DNA from: a virus | Length of the DNA stretch: 64,000 nt | Reading direction: 5' to 3' (one strand) | Virus record (IMG/VR): IMGVR_UViG_3300021961_000050 | Span: 24,225-88,224 of that record | In this document: positions 43,299 through 53,092 of the stretch, one piece after another | Layout of the letters: every line of letters begins with the position of its first letter | How positions within the stretch are numbered: position 1 is the first letter of the stretch | Notes under the pieces: model-generated | Seen by the model: only the letters and a program-made list of their open reading frames with translations | What the model was told of the DNA's origin: nothing | Databases searched by the model: none | Program-made: the position numbers and the translations under genes

Positions 43299-44748
43299 TG
43301 CTGGAATAGCATTCATTGACAATGGTAACATTGTCTATGCTGGACACAGTGAAAGATACAGCAAGATCAAACATGATAGCGAGTTAAATCCGCAAATTCT
43401 TGCTGACTGTATCAGTAGATGTGGGATTCCTGATGTTATTGCCTACTATGAGAAACCATGGATTAAAAAGACCAGACAGTTATATGCAGGTCAATGGAAT
43501 GATCTTTGGCACGGTTGGTCAGTTCGCAACATGATTAACAAAGTTGATCCAACTAACGAATTACATCGTGTACCAATTAAAACATATAATCATCACAAAT
43601 CACATGCGGCCGCTGGCTTCCAAACTTCTAAATTTAGAGATGCTACGGTGGTTGTGATAGATGCCATTGGTGAGTGGGACACTATGTCTGTATGGAACGC
43701 ATACTATGATCGTAATGGTCGTGCCTGTTATGAAAAGTTATGGAGCCAACGCTATCCACATTCGATAGGTTTGATGTATTCAGCATTTACTAAAGAGGTT
43801 GGGCTCAGACCTTTAGATGAAGAATACATTCTAATGGGTATGGCCGCCTATGGTAATGATCTAGGTACTGCTTCGTTTAAACATGTTCTAATTGATGATG
43901 AAAATGCCCTAACATTCAGACATAATCTACATATTGGTTTACCTAACAGTGGAGAATATGGAGAACCGTTTGATATAGCCGCCAGTGCCCAAAAACTGAC
44001 AGAATATCTGATCAACTCAGTGGTATCCTACGCAAAGAAAAACGGTCGCAGTAATAATTTAGTCTACATGGGTGGAGTTGCTCTTAACTGTTTGGCTAAT
44101 AGGGACCTAGGAAGATTCTTTGATAATATTTGGATCATGCCTAATCCAGGCGATTGTGGTAGCTCACTGGGTGCGGCCGCACTGGCGTGGGGACATAAAG
44201 TAAATTGGCAAGATGCTTATCTAGGTTATGATATCAAACAGCCTTATCCAATAACAGAACTATTAAGTGAACTAGTGGAAAGGAAAATAGTAGGAGTGGC
44301 CAACGGTCCTGCAGAGTTTGGCCCTAGGGCATTAGGCAATAGATCATTACTAGCAGATCCAAGAGGACCAGAGATAAAAGATCAGGTAAATGAAATTAAA
44401 CAGAGACAAAAGTTCCGTCCATTTGCTCCTGTTATCTTAGAAGAATATGTTGATGAATATTTTTCCATGCCCAATGGTTGGGAAACTAGTCCTTATATGC
44501 AGACCACTGCTATTTGTAAAAATCTAAAAGAATTTCCTGCTATTGTACATGCAGATGGTACTAGCCGTGTACAAACAGTAGGTCCAGAATGCAGAAGTGG
44601 AATTAGACAATTACTAGAACAATGGTTTATGTGGACTGGCTGTCCTATGTTGTTAAATACTAGTCTAAACATTCGCGGTCAACCAATGGTCAATGACAGA
44701 CAAGATGCGGAAAGATTTGAAAAATTATATGGAATAAGGGTATTATGA
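43264..44748 (+). CDS. Carbamoyltransferase (NodU/CmcH/TobZ family)
   Basis: 'LGISAGFHD', 'HHKSHAA', 'VIDAIGE', 'GGVALNC', 'EFGPRALGNRS', 'RPFAP', 'LLNTSLN'; track start 43249. Confidence 0.95.
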   Translation: MKVLGISAGFHDAGIAFIDNGNIVYAGHSERYSKIKHDSELNPQILADCISRCGIPDVIAYYEKPWIKKTRQLYAGQWNDLWHGWSVRNMINKVDPTNELHRVPIKTYNHHKSHAAAGFQTSKFRDATVVVIDAIGEWDTMSVWNAYYDRNGRACYEKLWSQRYPHSIGLMYSAFTKEVGLRPLDEEYILMGMAAYGNDLGTASFKHVLIDDENALTFRHNLHIGLPNSGEYGEPFDIAASAQKLTEYLINSVVSYAKKNGRSNNLVYMGGVALNCLANRDLGRFFDNIWIMPNPGDCGSSLGAAALAWGHKVNWQDAYLGYDIKQPYPITELLSELVERKIVGVANGPAEFGPRALGNRSLLADPRGPEIKDQVNEIKQRQKFRPFAPVILEEYVDEYFSMPNGWETSPYMQTTAICKNLKEFPAIVHADGTSRVQTVGPECRSGIRQLLEQWFMWTGCPMLLNTSLNIRGQPMVNDRQDAERFEKLYGIRVL

Positions 44749-45209
44749 AAATATTAGTTATGGGATTACCAGGGTCAGGAAAATCAACTCTGTCAGAAAA
44801 ATTACTCAACGAAATTGGTAAAACACAAACTGTAGATTGGATCAATGCTGACGACCTTAGAGAGAAAAACAATGATTGGGACTTTAGTGAAGAAGGTAGA
44901 AAACGTCAAGCACGTAGAATGAGAGATTTAGCAGACGAAGGCACAAGAAATCATATGGTCTGTATTGCTGATTTTGTTTGTCCTACTAAAGAATTGCGGA
45001 ACATATACAATGCTGATTTTGTCATTTGGATGGATACTATCAAGGAAGGTCGTTTTGAAGATACTAATCGTATATTTGAACCACCCACAGTAGATGAATA
45101 TGATGTTAAAATATCATCATTTGAAGAAGCTGATCGTTGGTCAACCACTGCCGCTGATTTGATTGACATACTATTAACTTCTGATCCGTCGGAATGGACA
45201 GGTGGCTAG
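44745..45209 (+). CDS. cysC: Adenylyl-sulfate (APS) kinase-like P-loop kinase
   Basis: 'GLPGSGKST', 'NADDLR', 'DFSEEGRKRQA', 'FEPP'. Confidence 0.7.
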   Translation: MKILVMGLPGSGKSTLSEKLLNEIGKTQTVDWINADDLREKNNDWDFSEEGRKRQARRMRDLADEGTRNHMVCIADFVCPTKELRNIYNADFVIWMDTIKEGRFEDTNRIFEPPTVDEYDVKISSFEEADRWSTTAADLIDILLTSDPSEWTGG

Positions 45210-46535
45210 ATGTACGACATCTTTATAATGGACATGGGCGGACATGACGCTAATGTTATAGAACTACAGTCCAAATTTCCACATGCTAAAGTGGTTAGAT
45301 ACTATGATACTCATTTAACAACTATACGACGCTGTGTGGCACGGTCCAGAACTCCTTTTGTTTGGATTATATCAAGTTGTTGCGACTATTCAAAATTTGA
45401 TTTTGATTATAAGGCGTCACCCTGGGAAAGTTATCAGATACACTGCTGGTCCAGTGGAGACCAAAAATTTGGTGATACATTTTTGATCAACTGTTTTGAG
45501 TTTAACAAACAAAAAGATTCAATTGAATTACTAGAATGGTACAAGGATATTAATTGGCATGAAGATGGTGTACCTAGACTAGCATGGCCAAAAGTCATTT
45601 ATACATCAGACAATCAAACAGACATTATCAACGCAACCAAATTTGATTCCTTATACATACAATTTCTTAGAGATATAGACCAAACCACTAAATTTAATCC
45701 CTCTCTTTGGAATAAACGTGCTGTATACACCTTTAACAGAGCAAACAGTGTATCACTAGTACCACGCGATATTTCAGGCGAAATAGGCAGTCAAATCTAC
45801 GATTATCCTTATGTAATCAAGCAAAAAGACCAGTTTTTAGACGATAAAATGCTGGATATAGTCTACATCAGCAATGGTGAACCTGACGCAGAACGGTGGT
45901 ATAAACACCTCTGTGACTGCGTACAACGCCCTGTGTTGCGAGTTCAGAATGTCAACGGACGTAGACAAGCATATCAAGAAGCCGCACGTGTAAGCACCAC
46001 TGATTGGTTTTTTGCTGTGTTTGCTAAACTAGAAGTCCATGCAGAATTTGATTGGACCTGGCAACCAGATTATCTACAAGAACCTAAACATTACATATTT
46101 CATAGTCGTAATCCAGTTAACGGATTAGAATATGGTCACATGGGCATAATTGCTTATAATAAGAATTTAGTTTTAGATACCAATGACAGTGGTCTTGACT
46201 TTACTCTGAGTCGTTCTCATGCCGTGGTACCTGTATTAAGTGCTATTGCTCATTACAACACCACACCAGAACTAACTTGGCGTACTGCATTCCGTGAGTG
46301 TGTTAAACTAAAACATGACATTGATACTACAGGCAATATTGAAAGTGTGATTAGGTTAGACACCTGGAAAACAGAAACCTATCCAGATCAACCTAATGGG
46401 GATTGGTCAATTAAAGGTGCGTTGGATGCTGAGGAATACTACAAACAGGCCAACGGGGACTATGACAAATTAATGTTAACCTTTGAATGGGCGTGGCTAA
46501 AAGAGTACTATGCTATGAAAGGCTATACTGAATAA
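45210..46535 (+). CDS. Putative GT-A fold protein with duplicated domains; C-terminal half paralogous to 31304 gene
   Basis: 'YISNGEP', 'NGLEYGH', 'WRTAFRECVK'. Confidence 0.55.
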   Translation: MYDIFIMDMGGHDANVIELQSKFPHAKVVRYYDTHLTTIRRCVARSRTPFVWIISSCCDYSKFDFDYKASPWESYQIHCWSSGDQKFGDTFLINCFEFNKQKDSIELLEWYKDINWHEDGVPRLAWPKVIYTSDNQTDIINATKFDSLYIQFLRDIDQTTKFNPSLWNKRAVYTFNRANSVSLVPRDISGEIGSQIYDYPYVIKQKDQFLDDKMLDIVYISNGEPDAERWYKHLCDCVQRPVLRVQNVNGRRQAYQEAARVSTTDWFFAVFAKLEVHAEFDWTWQPDYLQEPKHYIFHSRNPVNGLEYGHMGIIAYNKNLVLDTNDSGLDFTLSRSHAVVPVLSAIAHYNTTPELTWRTAFRECVKLKHDIDTTGNIESVIRLDTWKTETYPDQPNGDWSIKGALDAEEYYKQANGDYDKLMLTFEWAWLKEYYAMKGYTE

Positions 46536-47643
46536 CACTAACAATTTCCTCAACTTCTTCATCTGTTAGTTCAGGATAAATTGGTAAACTCAAAGCGGTT
46601 TTACAAAACTCATCAGCACCCTCTAATATAAAATTCTTGTCTGCTAGAAGTTTACTCATAAAACTAACTCCTTCAGTTGCCAATGGTTGATGATAATGTA
46701 TCCTTGATTCAATTCCAACATTTTCTAATTCTTTAACAATCTGAGAACGATCATGATGATGAATTACATACTTACTCCAACTATGATCAACCAGTTCGTG
46801 TAATTCACTACCAGGAGTTACTACATAGTCTCTTAATTCGTTATTGTAATACTCTGCTATTTCTTTTCTTCTCTGTTGCCATTGGTCAAAATATTTTAAT
46901 TTAACTAACATCTGTCCACAGTCTACTTCGCTCATACGACTATTAGTTCCTGAATAAACAAAATTGTTATTTTTTCCATTGTTTCTAAAATCTTTAACTA
47001 GTTCTGCCCAATCCTGGTCGTCTGTTAATAACATACCACCACTGCCATAATTGTTTAAATTTTTTGTAGGATCAAAACTGAATATACTAATGTCGCCTAG
47101 ATTACCACTTGGTTGACCATTCCAACTACTACCAAAACTTTGTGCGGCGTCTTCAATGATATAATTACTTTTTTCTTTAAATAAAGTTCCAAACGATTTT
47201 ATCTGCTCATAGTTAGCACAATTACCAAAAAGATTTACATACATCAAAGCATCAATATCTTCAGTTGGTACTGAAATAGATTTAAGATCTATTATCCCAG
47301 TAACAGAATCTACATCACAAAAGATAGGTTCTAAATCAGATTCAATGACAGAATTTACAGTGGCAATATAACTCACAGCAGGAATTAGCACAGTCCTAAT
47401 ACGAGAATTGGTCATCTTTAAACATCTTAAAGCAAATATTAGAGCCTGTGTTCCACTGTTAACAGAAATAGCATGACGTCTATTAGTTCGCCTGGCCATT
47501 GTTAATTCAAATGTTTCTGTGTAATGACCGTCCAGCACTTGTCCGCTGACTAATATGTCATTGGTAACTTCAAGTATCTCTGCCTGTATACTCTTATACT
47601 GTCGATCAATTCCAAAGAACGGAATTTTGTAGGAACCACTCAT
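46513..47643 (-). CDS. DegT/DnrJ/EryC1/StrS PLP-dependent sugar aminotransferase
   Basis: 'NSGTQAL', 'IEDAAQSFG', 'FSFDPTKNL...GGM', 'LSLPIYP'. Confidence 0.92.
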   Translation of the reverse strand: MSGSYKIPFFGIDRQYKSIQAEILEVTNDILVSGQVLDGHYTETFELTMARRTNRRHAISVNSGTQALIFALRCLKMTNSRIRTVLIPAVSYIATVNSVIESDLEPIFCDVDSVTGIIDLKSISVPTEDIDALMYVNLFGNCANYEQIKSFGTLFKEKSNYIIEDAAQSFGSSWNGQPSGNLGDISIFSFDPTKNLNNYGSGGMLLTDDQDWAELVKDFRNNGKNNNFVYSGTNSRMSEVDCGQMLVKLKYFDQWQQRRKEIAEYYNNELRDYVVTPGSELHELVDHSWSKYVIHHHDRSQIVKELENVGIESRIHYHQPLATEGVSFMSKLLADKNFILEGADEFCKTALSLPIYPELTDEEVEEIVSVIQYSLS

Positions 47644-48571
47644 GATATCTTTTAAAACCTTCTTCTATGTCAATAGTTGGATTGTATCCTAAATCTGATC
47701 TTGCACGATCAATGTTTAATCTTCCCCTACTAGGAAATGTTTGATCTCTATCTGTTAGTTTAACTGTGCCTTGTCCAACCAGGTCTACAATTAAATTAGC
47801 GGCCATTTCTAAATTATATTCTGTTGTATTACTTCTAGTGATGTTATAGCAGGTATTAGCACAGGACTTTATAGCCGCAAGTACAATGCCCTGGGCTGTA
47901 TCTTCTACGTGTGTAAAGTCTAATATTTCTTTTGGACCCTTTACCACAAGTTCTTTTCCTAATAATGCCTGTGTAAAAAATTTACTTACCACGCGATCGT
48001 TGACGTCCCATTCACCATAAACAGCACTAGGCCTAACAATGACGTGATCAAATCCAGCACGTTTAGAATAGTCAGCAACTAAATGTTCACCCATTAGTTT
48101 CATGATAGCATACTGTCCTGTAGGACGACACGTTTCTGTTTCATCTGTGTTACTGTCAAAATCTCCATAGACCATAGAGCTTGATACGTAGACAAACTTT
48201 TCAACATTATTACTGCGTGTGGCTTCTAATAGATTTACAAGACCATTGCACATAACATCACTGGCCACCAATGGCATTTGACTCACTACTTTTTGTCTTG
48301 GAAAACTGGCTAGGTGAATAACACAGTCTGGACGATAGTGATGAAATATGCGATCAATGTATCTTGATTCTCTGATGTCCATCACTGATGTTGTTGTGTG
48401 TTTGCCTAGTCTATGTTGTCTCTGTTTTATTAGATAGTCTAATTCTAATTTTGGAACAAAGCCATAGTCTGTTATTGAGTCAATGATTTTTACGTTGTGA
48501 CCTTGATAGTCAAGTAATCTTGCCACGTTATGACCAATGAATCCTAATCCACCTGTAACTAATATTTTCAT
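47606..48571 (-). CDS. NAD-dependent nucleotide-sugar epimerase/dehydratase (extended SDR)
   Basis: 'ILVTGGLGFIG', 'SSSMVYG', YxxxK 'YAIMK'; track start 48592. Confidence 0.92.
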   Translation of the reverse strand: MKILVTGGLGFIGHNVARLLDYQGHNVKIIDSITDYGFVPKLELDYLIKQRQHRLGKHTTTSVMDIRESRYIDRIFHHYRPDCVIHLASFPRQKVVSQMPLVASDVMCNGLVNLLEATRSNNVEKFVYVSSSMVYGDFDSNTDETETCRPTGQYAIMKLMGEHLVADYSKRAGFDHVIVRPSAVYGEWDVNDRVVSKFFTQALLGKELVVKGPKEILDFTHVEDTAQGIVLAAIKSCANTCYNITRSNTTEYNLEMAANLIVDLVGQGTVKLTDRDQTFPSRGRLNIDRARSDLGYNPTIDIEEGFKRYHEWFLQNSVLWN

Positions 48572-48840
48572 ATTAAGTCTTCGTATCCCCATTTCAATTG
48601 ATAAAATGTATAGTCTCTGTCTTTCATGTTACCATAGACCTTAACATTATAAACTACAGCATGACCATTTTTATATCCAAGATCAAGTTCTGTAGTATAC
48701 CAAAGTTTCTCTTTATTAGTGTGTTTCTTTGCCCATTTGCCTGCTTCACTTTCTTCCCATTCTAATACTATACCACTAGCATAGACATCAGGATCACTGA
48801 CATCTCCTAGATATCCTTTGTATAATAATACTGATGTCAT
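48568..48840 (-). CDS. Hypothetical protein
   Basis: 90-aa ORF with ATGA overlaps to both neighbours. Confidence 0.6.
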   Translation of the reverse strand: MTSVLLYKGYLGDVSDPDVYASGIVLEWEESEAGKWAKKHTNKEKLWYTTELDLGYKNGHAVVYNVKVYGNMKDRDYTFYQLKWGYEDLI

Positions 48841-49715
48841 ACTGCCATGGGAGCCTTGATGCTAGGCATAGGATTATAGTTTTCTAAACGGAAATCATCC
48901 ATAGTAAACTTGGTAATGTCTGTTATATTAGGATTGATCCAAAGTGTCGGAGCAGGTAATGGTTCACGTTGGACTTGTTCTTTTACCTGCTCCATATGGT
49001 TCAAATATATGTGAGCGTCTCCTAGCACGTGAACTAGATCGCCTACCCCAAGCCCACACACTTGAGCAATCATGTGGGTGAATAAGGCATAGGATGATAT
49101 ATTAAAAGGCACGCCTAAAAACATATCACAGGATCGCTGATATATTTGACACGACAACTTACCATTGCTGGTCACGTAAAATTGAGCAAAACAGTGACAA
49201 GGCGGTAACGCCATCAGATCTAACTCGCCTGGATTCCATGCGGTAATTATATGACGACGGCCATATGGATCCTGTTTGATTCCCTCAATTAAATTTGATA
49301 ATTGGTCAACTTCTATAGGTTTACGTAGAGTAGGTGTTACCCATTCTGTTTTGGTAGTTTGCCACTTACGCCATTGTACACCATAGACACGGCCTAGGTC
49401 TCCTTGATATCTTGCTCTAGGTTTCCAATAGTCTGCTTCAGCATTAGCAGTCCATATGGTTGTTTTTTTGGGTGCTTCACTACCATGTAATATTTCACGA
49501 AGTCTATGCTCATCACTGGAACCTTCAATAAACCAAAGTAGTTCAGATAGGCAGGCTTTGAACGCTAGTCGTTTAGTAGTAACAGCAGGAAATCCTTTAG
49601 ATAAATCATAGCGTTGTTGCATACCAAAAACACCAATAGTACCAACACCGGTTCGATCTTCTCGTGTTTCTCCGTTTTCTAAAACGTATTTTAGAGCATC
49701 AATATATTGTTTCAT
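48837..49715 (-). CDS. thyA: Thymidylate synthase
   Basis: 'DRTGVGT', 'ELLWF', 'RRHIITAWNP', 'ALPPCH', 'YQRSCDMFLGVPFN', 'DAHIYLNH'. Confidence 0.97.
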   Translation of the reverse strand: MKQYIDALKYVLENGETREDRTGVGTIGVFGMQQRYDLSKGFPAVTTKRLAFKACLSELLWFIEGSSDEHRLREILHGSEAPKKTTIWTANAEADYWKPRARYQGDLGRVYGVQWRKWQTTKTEWVTPTLRKPIEVDQLSNLIEGIKQDPYGRRHIITAWNPGELDLMALPPCHCFAQFYVTSNGKLSCQIYQRSCDMFLGVPFNISSYALFTHMIAQVCGLGVGDLVHVLGDAHIYLNHMEQVKEQVQREPLPAPTLWINPNITDITKFTMDDFRLENYNPMPSIKAPMAV

Positions 49716-49721
49716 AATTTA

Positions 49722-49750
49722 ATTATAGTTGAATAGGAAAACAAAGTCAA
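49722..49750 (-). promoter_or_regulatory. Sigma70-type promoter for thyA (predicted leaderless)
   Basis: TTGACT-17-TATAAT on minus strand; ATG begins 7 nt after the -10 hexamer. Confidence 0.7.
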
Positions 49751-50242
49751 CTAGAAGAATTCACGTTTCCAAATTTCGTAGGTACATTCTGTACCAGGAC
49801 GTACTGATCGTATTCTAAAACAGTGTAACCAATTTTCTAAATTTATTCTAGTGTCAGCATACCAATCTCCCTTTATTCTGGTGAGATAGATTTTTTTAAT
49901 AATATCTTTACATGACTCAAATAGCTCTTTACCACCAATGATAAAGATTTCTTTCTCAGGAAATTGTTTTTCTAATTCAAGAATGTGACTAACAATATCA
50001 CCTTGTATTCTTCTAGCAGATAAAGGATCAAGTAGTGGCCTAGAAGTTGCTACTACATTTATTCTGTCTGATAATGGTTTGGGCATCATGGGATCATCCC
50101 ATGTTTTTCTGCCCATAACCACAATGTTCCCTTTGGTATGATTTTTAAACCAAAGTAGGTCTTCTTTATGTTTTGGCCATGGTAACGTTCCTTTATTACC
50201 AATGCCACCATACGGAGTACTTGCTAAGATTGCTGAAATCAT
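49751..50242 (-). CDS. folA: Dihydrofolate reductase
   Basis: 'GIGNKGTLPW', 'DLLWFK', 'VVMGRKTW', 'PLSDRINVV', 'IIGG'. Confidence 0.95.
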   Translation of the reverse strand: MISAILASTPYGGIGNKGTLPWPKHKEDLLWFKNHTKGNIVVMGRKTWDDPMMPKPLSDRINVVATSRPLLDPLSARRIQGDIVSHILELEKQFPEKEIFIIGGKELFESCKDIIKKIYLTRIKGDWYADTRINLENWLHCFRIRSVRPGTECTYEIWKREFF

Positions 50243-50589
50243 ATATCTTTTAGCACCTTATCAGTTTCAGGCTGTACAGTTTTAACAACCTTTTCAATGT
50301 CAACAAAAAAATCAACATTTTTTATATAAGGATCTAAATCACTAAATTTGTTGTTTAGCATTTCTTCAATTTCAGAGTCTTGTTGTCCTTCGCCAAGTAA
50401 TTCTTTTACATTTACAGATACCACTGTGCCATCAATTAAATTGACCACTATTCTTTCTAAAATTGAAACAGGAACTTCTTTTTTATCAACACCATTGACA
50501 AGGTCTTGCCATCTTTTTTTAGAATTTATCTGTATTTTTGTACCTGAACTATTACGCCGCGGCTTTGGTTGTTTTGGATTTTCCGCCAT
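50239..50589 (-). CDS. Hypothetical protein
   Basis: 116-aa ORF in co-oriented run. Confidence 0.6.
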   Translation of the reverse strand: MAENPKQPKPRRNSSGTKIQINSKKRWQDLVNGVDKKEVPVSILERIVVNLIDGTVVSVNVKELLGEGQQDSEIEEMLNNKFSDLDPYIKNVDFFVDIEKVVKTVQPETDKVLKDI

Positions 50590-51169
50590 TTTTAGCCTTT
50601 GGTGTTAGTGACAATGCCTCATCTCTTAATCTCTTTGCTTCTGCTAATAAAGAATTTGCATCAGCCTCCATTTTATCAGCTTGTTCTATACGTTGTTTTG
50701 CTAGATCTTCATCTGATAATGTACTAGTAGCAGTTGCACTAGTTTGAGGTTCACCAACATCGCGTCCGCCAGCCATACCAGCATTAGCATCCATTTCAGC
50801 TAGTCGCTTAACAGCGTCTTCGCCTTGCGCCATTTGAGATAGAATGTCATTTAATTCATCTAAACGGCAACTGCTAGTAGCATTCACTGTAACAATAACT
50901 TGTTTAGTAGGAACTTTTTTCATGTACCCACCTTTGTGTAATGCTGTTAAACAGTTTTGTCCATCTGACATAGTATGACGGAATAGTGCATCTGCAAGTT
51001 CAGAAGCATTTTGACCAACTTCACTTTCTAATACTGTCATAGTTTCATCATGCAATAATGATGGAATAGTTTCTGTATAAATTACCAATGCCATATGATC
51101 TTCATCAGGCACTGTTTTATAAATAATTGCAACCTTGCGATTATTGTGTCTACCTACATGTTTAATCAT
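50552..51169 (-). CDS. Hypothetical protein with C-terminal coiled coil
   Basis: Likely start MIKHVG after GGAGGA RBS; track start 51217. Confidence 0.65.
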   Translation of the reverse strand: MIKHVGRHNNRKVAIIYKTVPDEDHMALVIYTETIPSLLHDETMTVLESEVGQNASELADALFRHTMSDGQNCLTALHKGGYMKKVPTKQVIVTVNATSSCRLDELNDILSQMAQGEDAVKRLAEMDANAGMAGGRDVGEPQTSATATSTLSDEDLAKQRIEQADKMEADANSLLAEAKRLRDEALSLTPKAKNGGKSKTTKAAA

Positions 51170-51170
51170 G

Positions 51171-51431
51171 TTATTTTTCCTCCGTAGCCTGTTCTGGCTG
51201 TTGAATAGCTCCAACACTTTGTAAGAAAGCTATAAGTTTGTTGTAAAGAGTTCCAACGTTTACCATTTCTTCAGGACGGTAAGCACCTCTTTGATTTGTG
51301 ACTTGAATAATCTGTGCTAGACCTATCAAGTCTTGAACACTTAACCCAGGTGTACCACCAGCTGGCTGTTCTGCTTGAACTGTTGGTTGAGCCACGGGCT
51401 GTTCTTGAACTTCTTTTGTTTTTTTAGCCAT
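51171..51431 (-). CDS. Hypothetical protein
   Basis: AAGGAG RBS; upstream GTTAAATA late-like motif (51458-51465). Confidence 0.65.
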   Translation of the reverse strand: MAKKTKEVQEQPVAQPTVQAEQPAGGTPGLSVQDLIGLAQIIQVTNQRGAYRPEEMVNVGTLYNKLIAFLQSVGAIQQPEQATEEK

Positions 51432-51503
51432 ATAAAATTCTCCTTAGGGAACAATTTTATTTAACTATATTTTGTGGGGTGGAAAAATTTTCTTGGGTTT
51501 TAA

Positions 51504-51746
51504 TTATATAGAAGGAGCCATCAGACCAAAATAGGTTGATTCCTCAGGACGTTCAAAAGCAACAATAATTTTATCAAACTCTCCTTCTATATAAAATCGT
51601 CCTTCGAGATTTTCATAGATCCAATTGGACAGATCTCTCAATGTCGTTGGTGTTTGGTTTATAGTTAGTCGGGTAAAATGTGGCGGACAATGATGTAGTT
51701 GTCTAAGGTTATGGACATTAAGTGGATTAATCTTTTTGTTAAACAT
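51504..51746 (-). CDS. Hypothetical protein
   Basis: 80-aa ORF overlapping the VWA gene end. Confidence 0.55.
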   Translation of the reverse strand: MFNKKINPLNVHNLRQLHHCPPHFTRLTINQTPTTLRDLSNWIYENLEGRFYIEGEFDKIIVAFERPEESTYFGLMAPSI

Positions 51747-53004
51747 TTTGTTTTTCTAAACTATAACGAGCAGTAACACCATACGGAGCAACAACATCGT
51801 TAGTTCCGTGGATTACAAACAGTGTATCACAATAGTTTTCGTCACCCCATCCGTCCCAAACATAACCATCAGTAAACATGATAAACAATTTTGGTTGAAT
51901 GTCATTTTCTTTCATAAATTCCCAATTACAGTTAAGTTCAGTACCGCCACCACCTTGAACTTGATAAGTGTCAATATCGTCAATATTGTCTGGAGTAAAA
52001 ATAATGTGACCGTAGACTTCTGTGTCAAATGACCAAACCTGTAGTTTAAAATCATCATATGATTGCATAATGCCTTTAATTTCACTAAGAATGTCGCGTA
52101 GCATATCATCACCCATTGACCCTGAAGCATCAATTGATACACAAACATCAATAGTTTCTGCTAGATCACTGCCAGGAAAAACAGCATCCATATGCCATGC
52201 ACGACGACTTGGACGCATCCAAGTAAAGTCACTTTTAACTTGGCTTTGAACCTGTTGTTGAATTAATTCTCTCCAATTAAGTTGCGGATTAGTTAACTGT
52301 TGAATTAATCGTTTAACTCCACTAGGTAAATTAGTTGCTCCTTGCGCCGCATTTAATACTGCTTCTTTTATTTCATTTCTAATTTCTTTTTTCTCTTCTT
52401 CTGAAAGTTTAGGACGTCCTGAACCTTTACCTTTTTCTTCTTTGCCATCTGCACCTTGATTTTCGTCTTCACTATCGTCGCCATTGAGATGTTCATCTAA
52501 GAGTTGTTTAACAAGATCATCAATATTAATTTTTTCTGCATTTTCATATAAATCATCATAGACCTGTTCAGCTGACCAACCACGATATTTTTCGTCATGT
52601 AAACCTATAGGAATAAATTCACCTATGCGTTGATCTATTAGGTCTTGATTAACACAATAGTCGTCTGCAATATTCCATAAGCGAGGATCACGGTCTCCAC
52701 GACGTCCCATATGATCATAGACACAGTGTAACACTTCATGACCTACAAGAAATTCAAGTTGTTTTTGTGGTAACGTTTTGATAAATTCAGAATTATAATA
52801 AAATTTACGTCCATCAGTTGCGGCAGTTGGGCACCAATCGTCAGCATTTATTAGTTGTAATCTGGTAGCAAGATTGCCAAAGAAAGGTGCTTTGATTAAC
52901 AAAGCCACTCTAGCAGTGATTAGTTTTTCACGACTTTCAGCATCAATGGTGGGATCTGTTTTTGTAACTACCTTAGATTTATCTGCTAGTGTTGTCTGAC
53001 TCAT
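51739..53004 (-). CDS. DUF2201-type metallopeptidase-like / VWA domain protein
   Basis: 'TAATDG', HExxH 'HEVLH', MIDAS 'IDASGSM', 'GGGT', 'FTDG'. Confidence 0.88.
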   Translation of the reverse strand: MSQTTLADKSKVVTKTDPTIDAESREKLITARVALLIKAPFFGNLATRLQLINADDWCPTAATDGRKFYYNSEFIKTLPQKQLEFLVGHEVLHCVYDHMGRRGDRDPRLWNIADDYCVNQDLIDQRIGEFIPIGLHDEKYRGWSAEQVYDDLYENAEKINIDDLVKQLLDEHLNGDDSEDENQGADGKEEKGKGSGRPKLSEEEKKEIRNEIKEAVLNAAQGATNLPSGVKRLIQQLTNPQLNWRELIQQQVQSQVKSDFTWMRPSRRAWHMDAVFPGSDLAETIDVCVSIDASGSMGDDMLRDILSEIKGIMQSYDDFKLQVWSFDTEVYGHIIFTPDNIDDIDTYQVQGGGGTELNCNWEFMKENDIQPKLFIMFTDGYVWDGWGDENYCDTLFVIHGTNDVVAPYGVTARYSLEKQNV

Positions 53005-53036
53005 CTTACCCTTTCATACTCTCTCATTTATAGTTT

Positions 53037-53065
53037 ATTATACAACCAAATTGGTTTTCTGTCAA
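53037..53065 (-). promoter_or_regulatory. Consensus sigma70 promoter
   Basis: TTGACA-17-TATAAT on minus strand upstream of the VWA gene. Confidence 0.8.
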
Positions 53066-53079
53066 CCATTAGTTTGACC

Positions 53080-53087
53080 TATAAATA
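53080..53087 (+). promoter_or_regulatory. T4-like late promoter TATAAATA
   Basis: Exact T4 late consensus, 5 nt before the ATG at 53093. Confidence 0.65.
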
Positions 53088-53092
53088 TTGAT

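Noticed and set aside
42550-45209. Saxitoxin-like cluster (carbamoyltransferase, SxtK-like peptide, GDSL, APS kinase)
   Set aside because: Core genes (SxtA PKS-like, amidinotransferase SxtG, dioxygenases) are absent; shared families are generic tailoring enzymes
48837-49715. Intron or intein in thyA
   Set aside because: ORF is continuous and of normal length with all motifs in order
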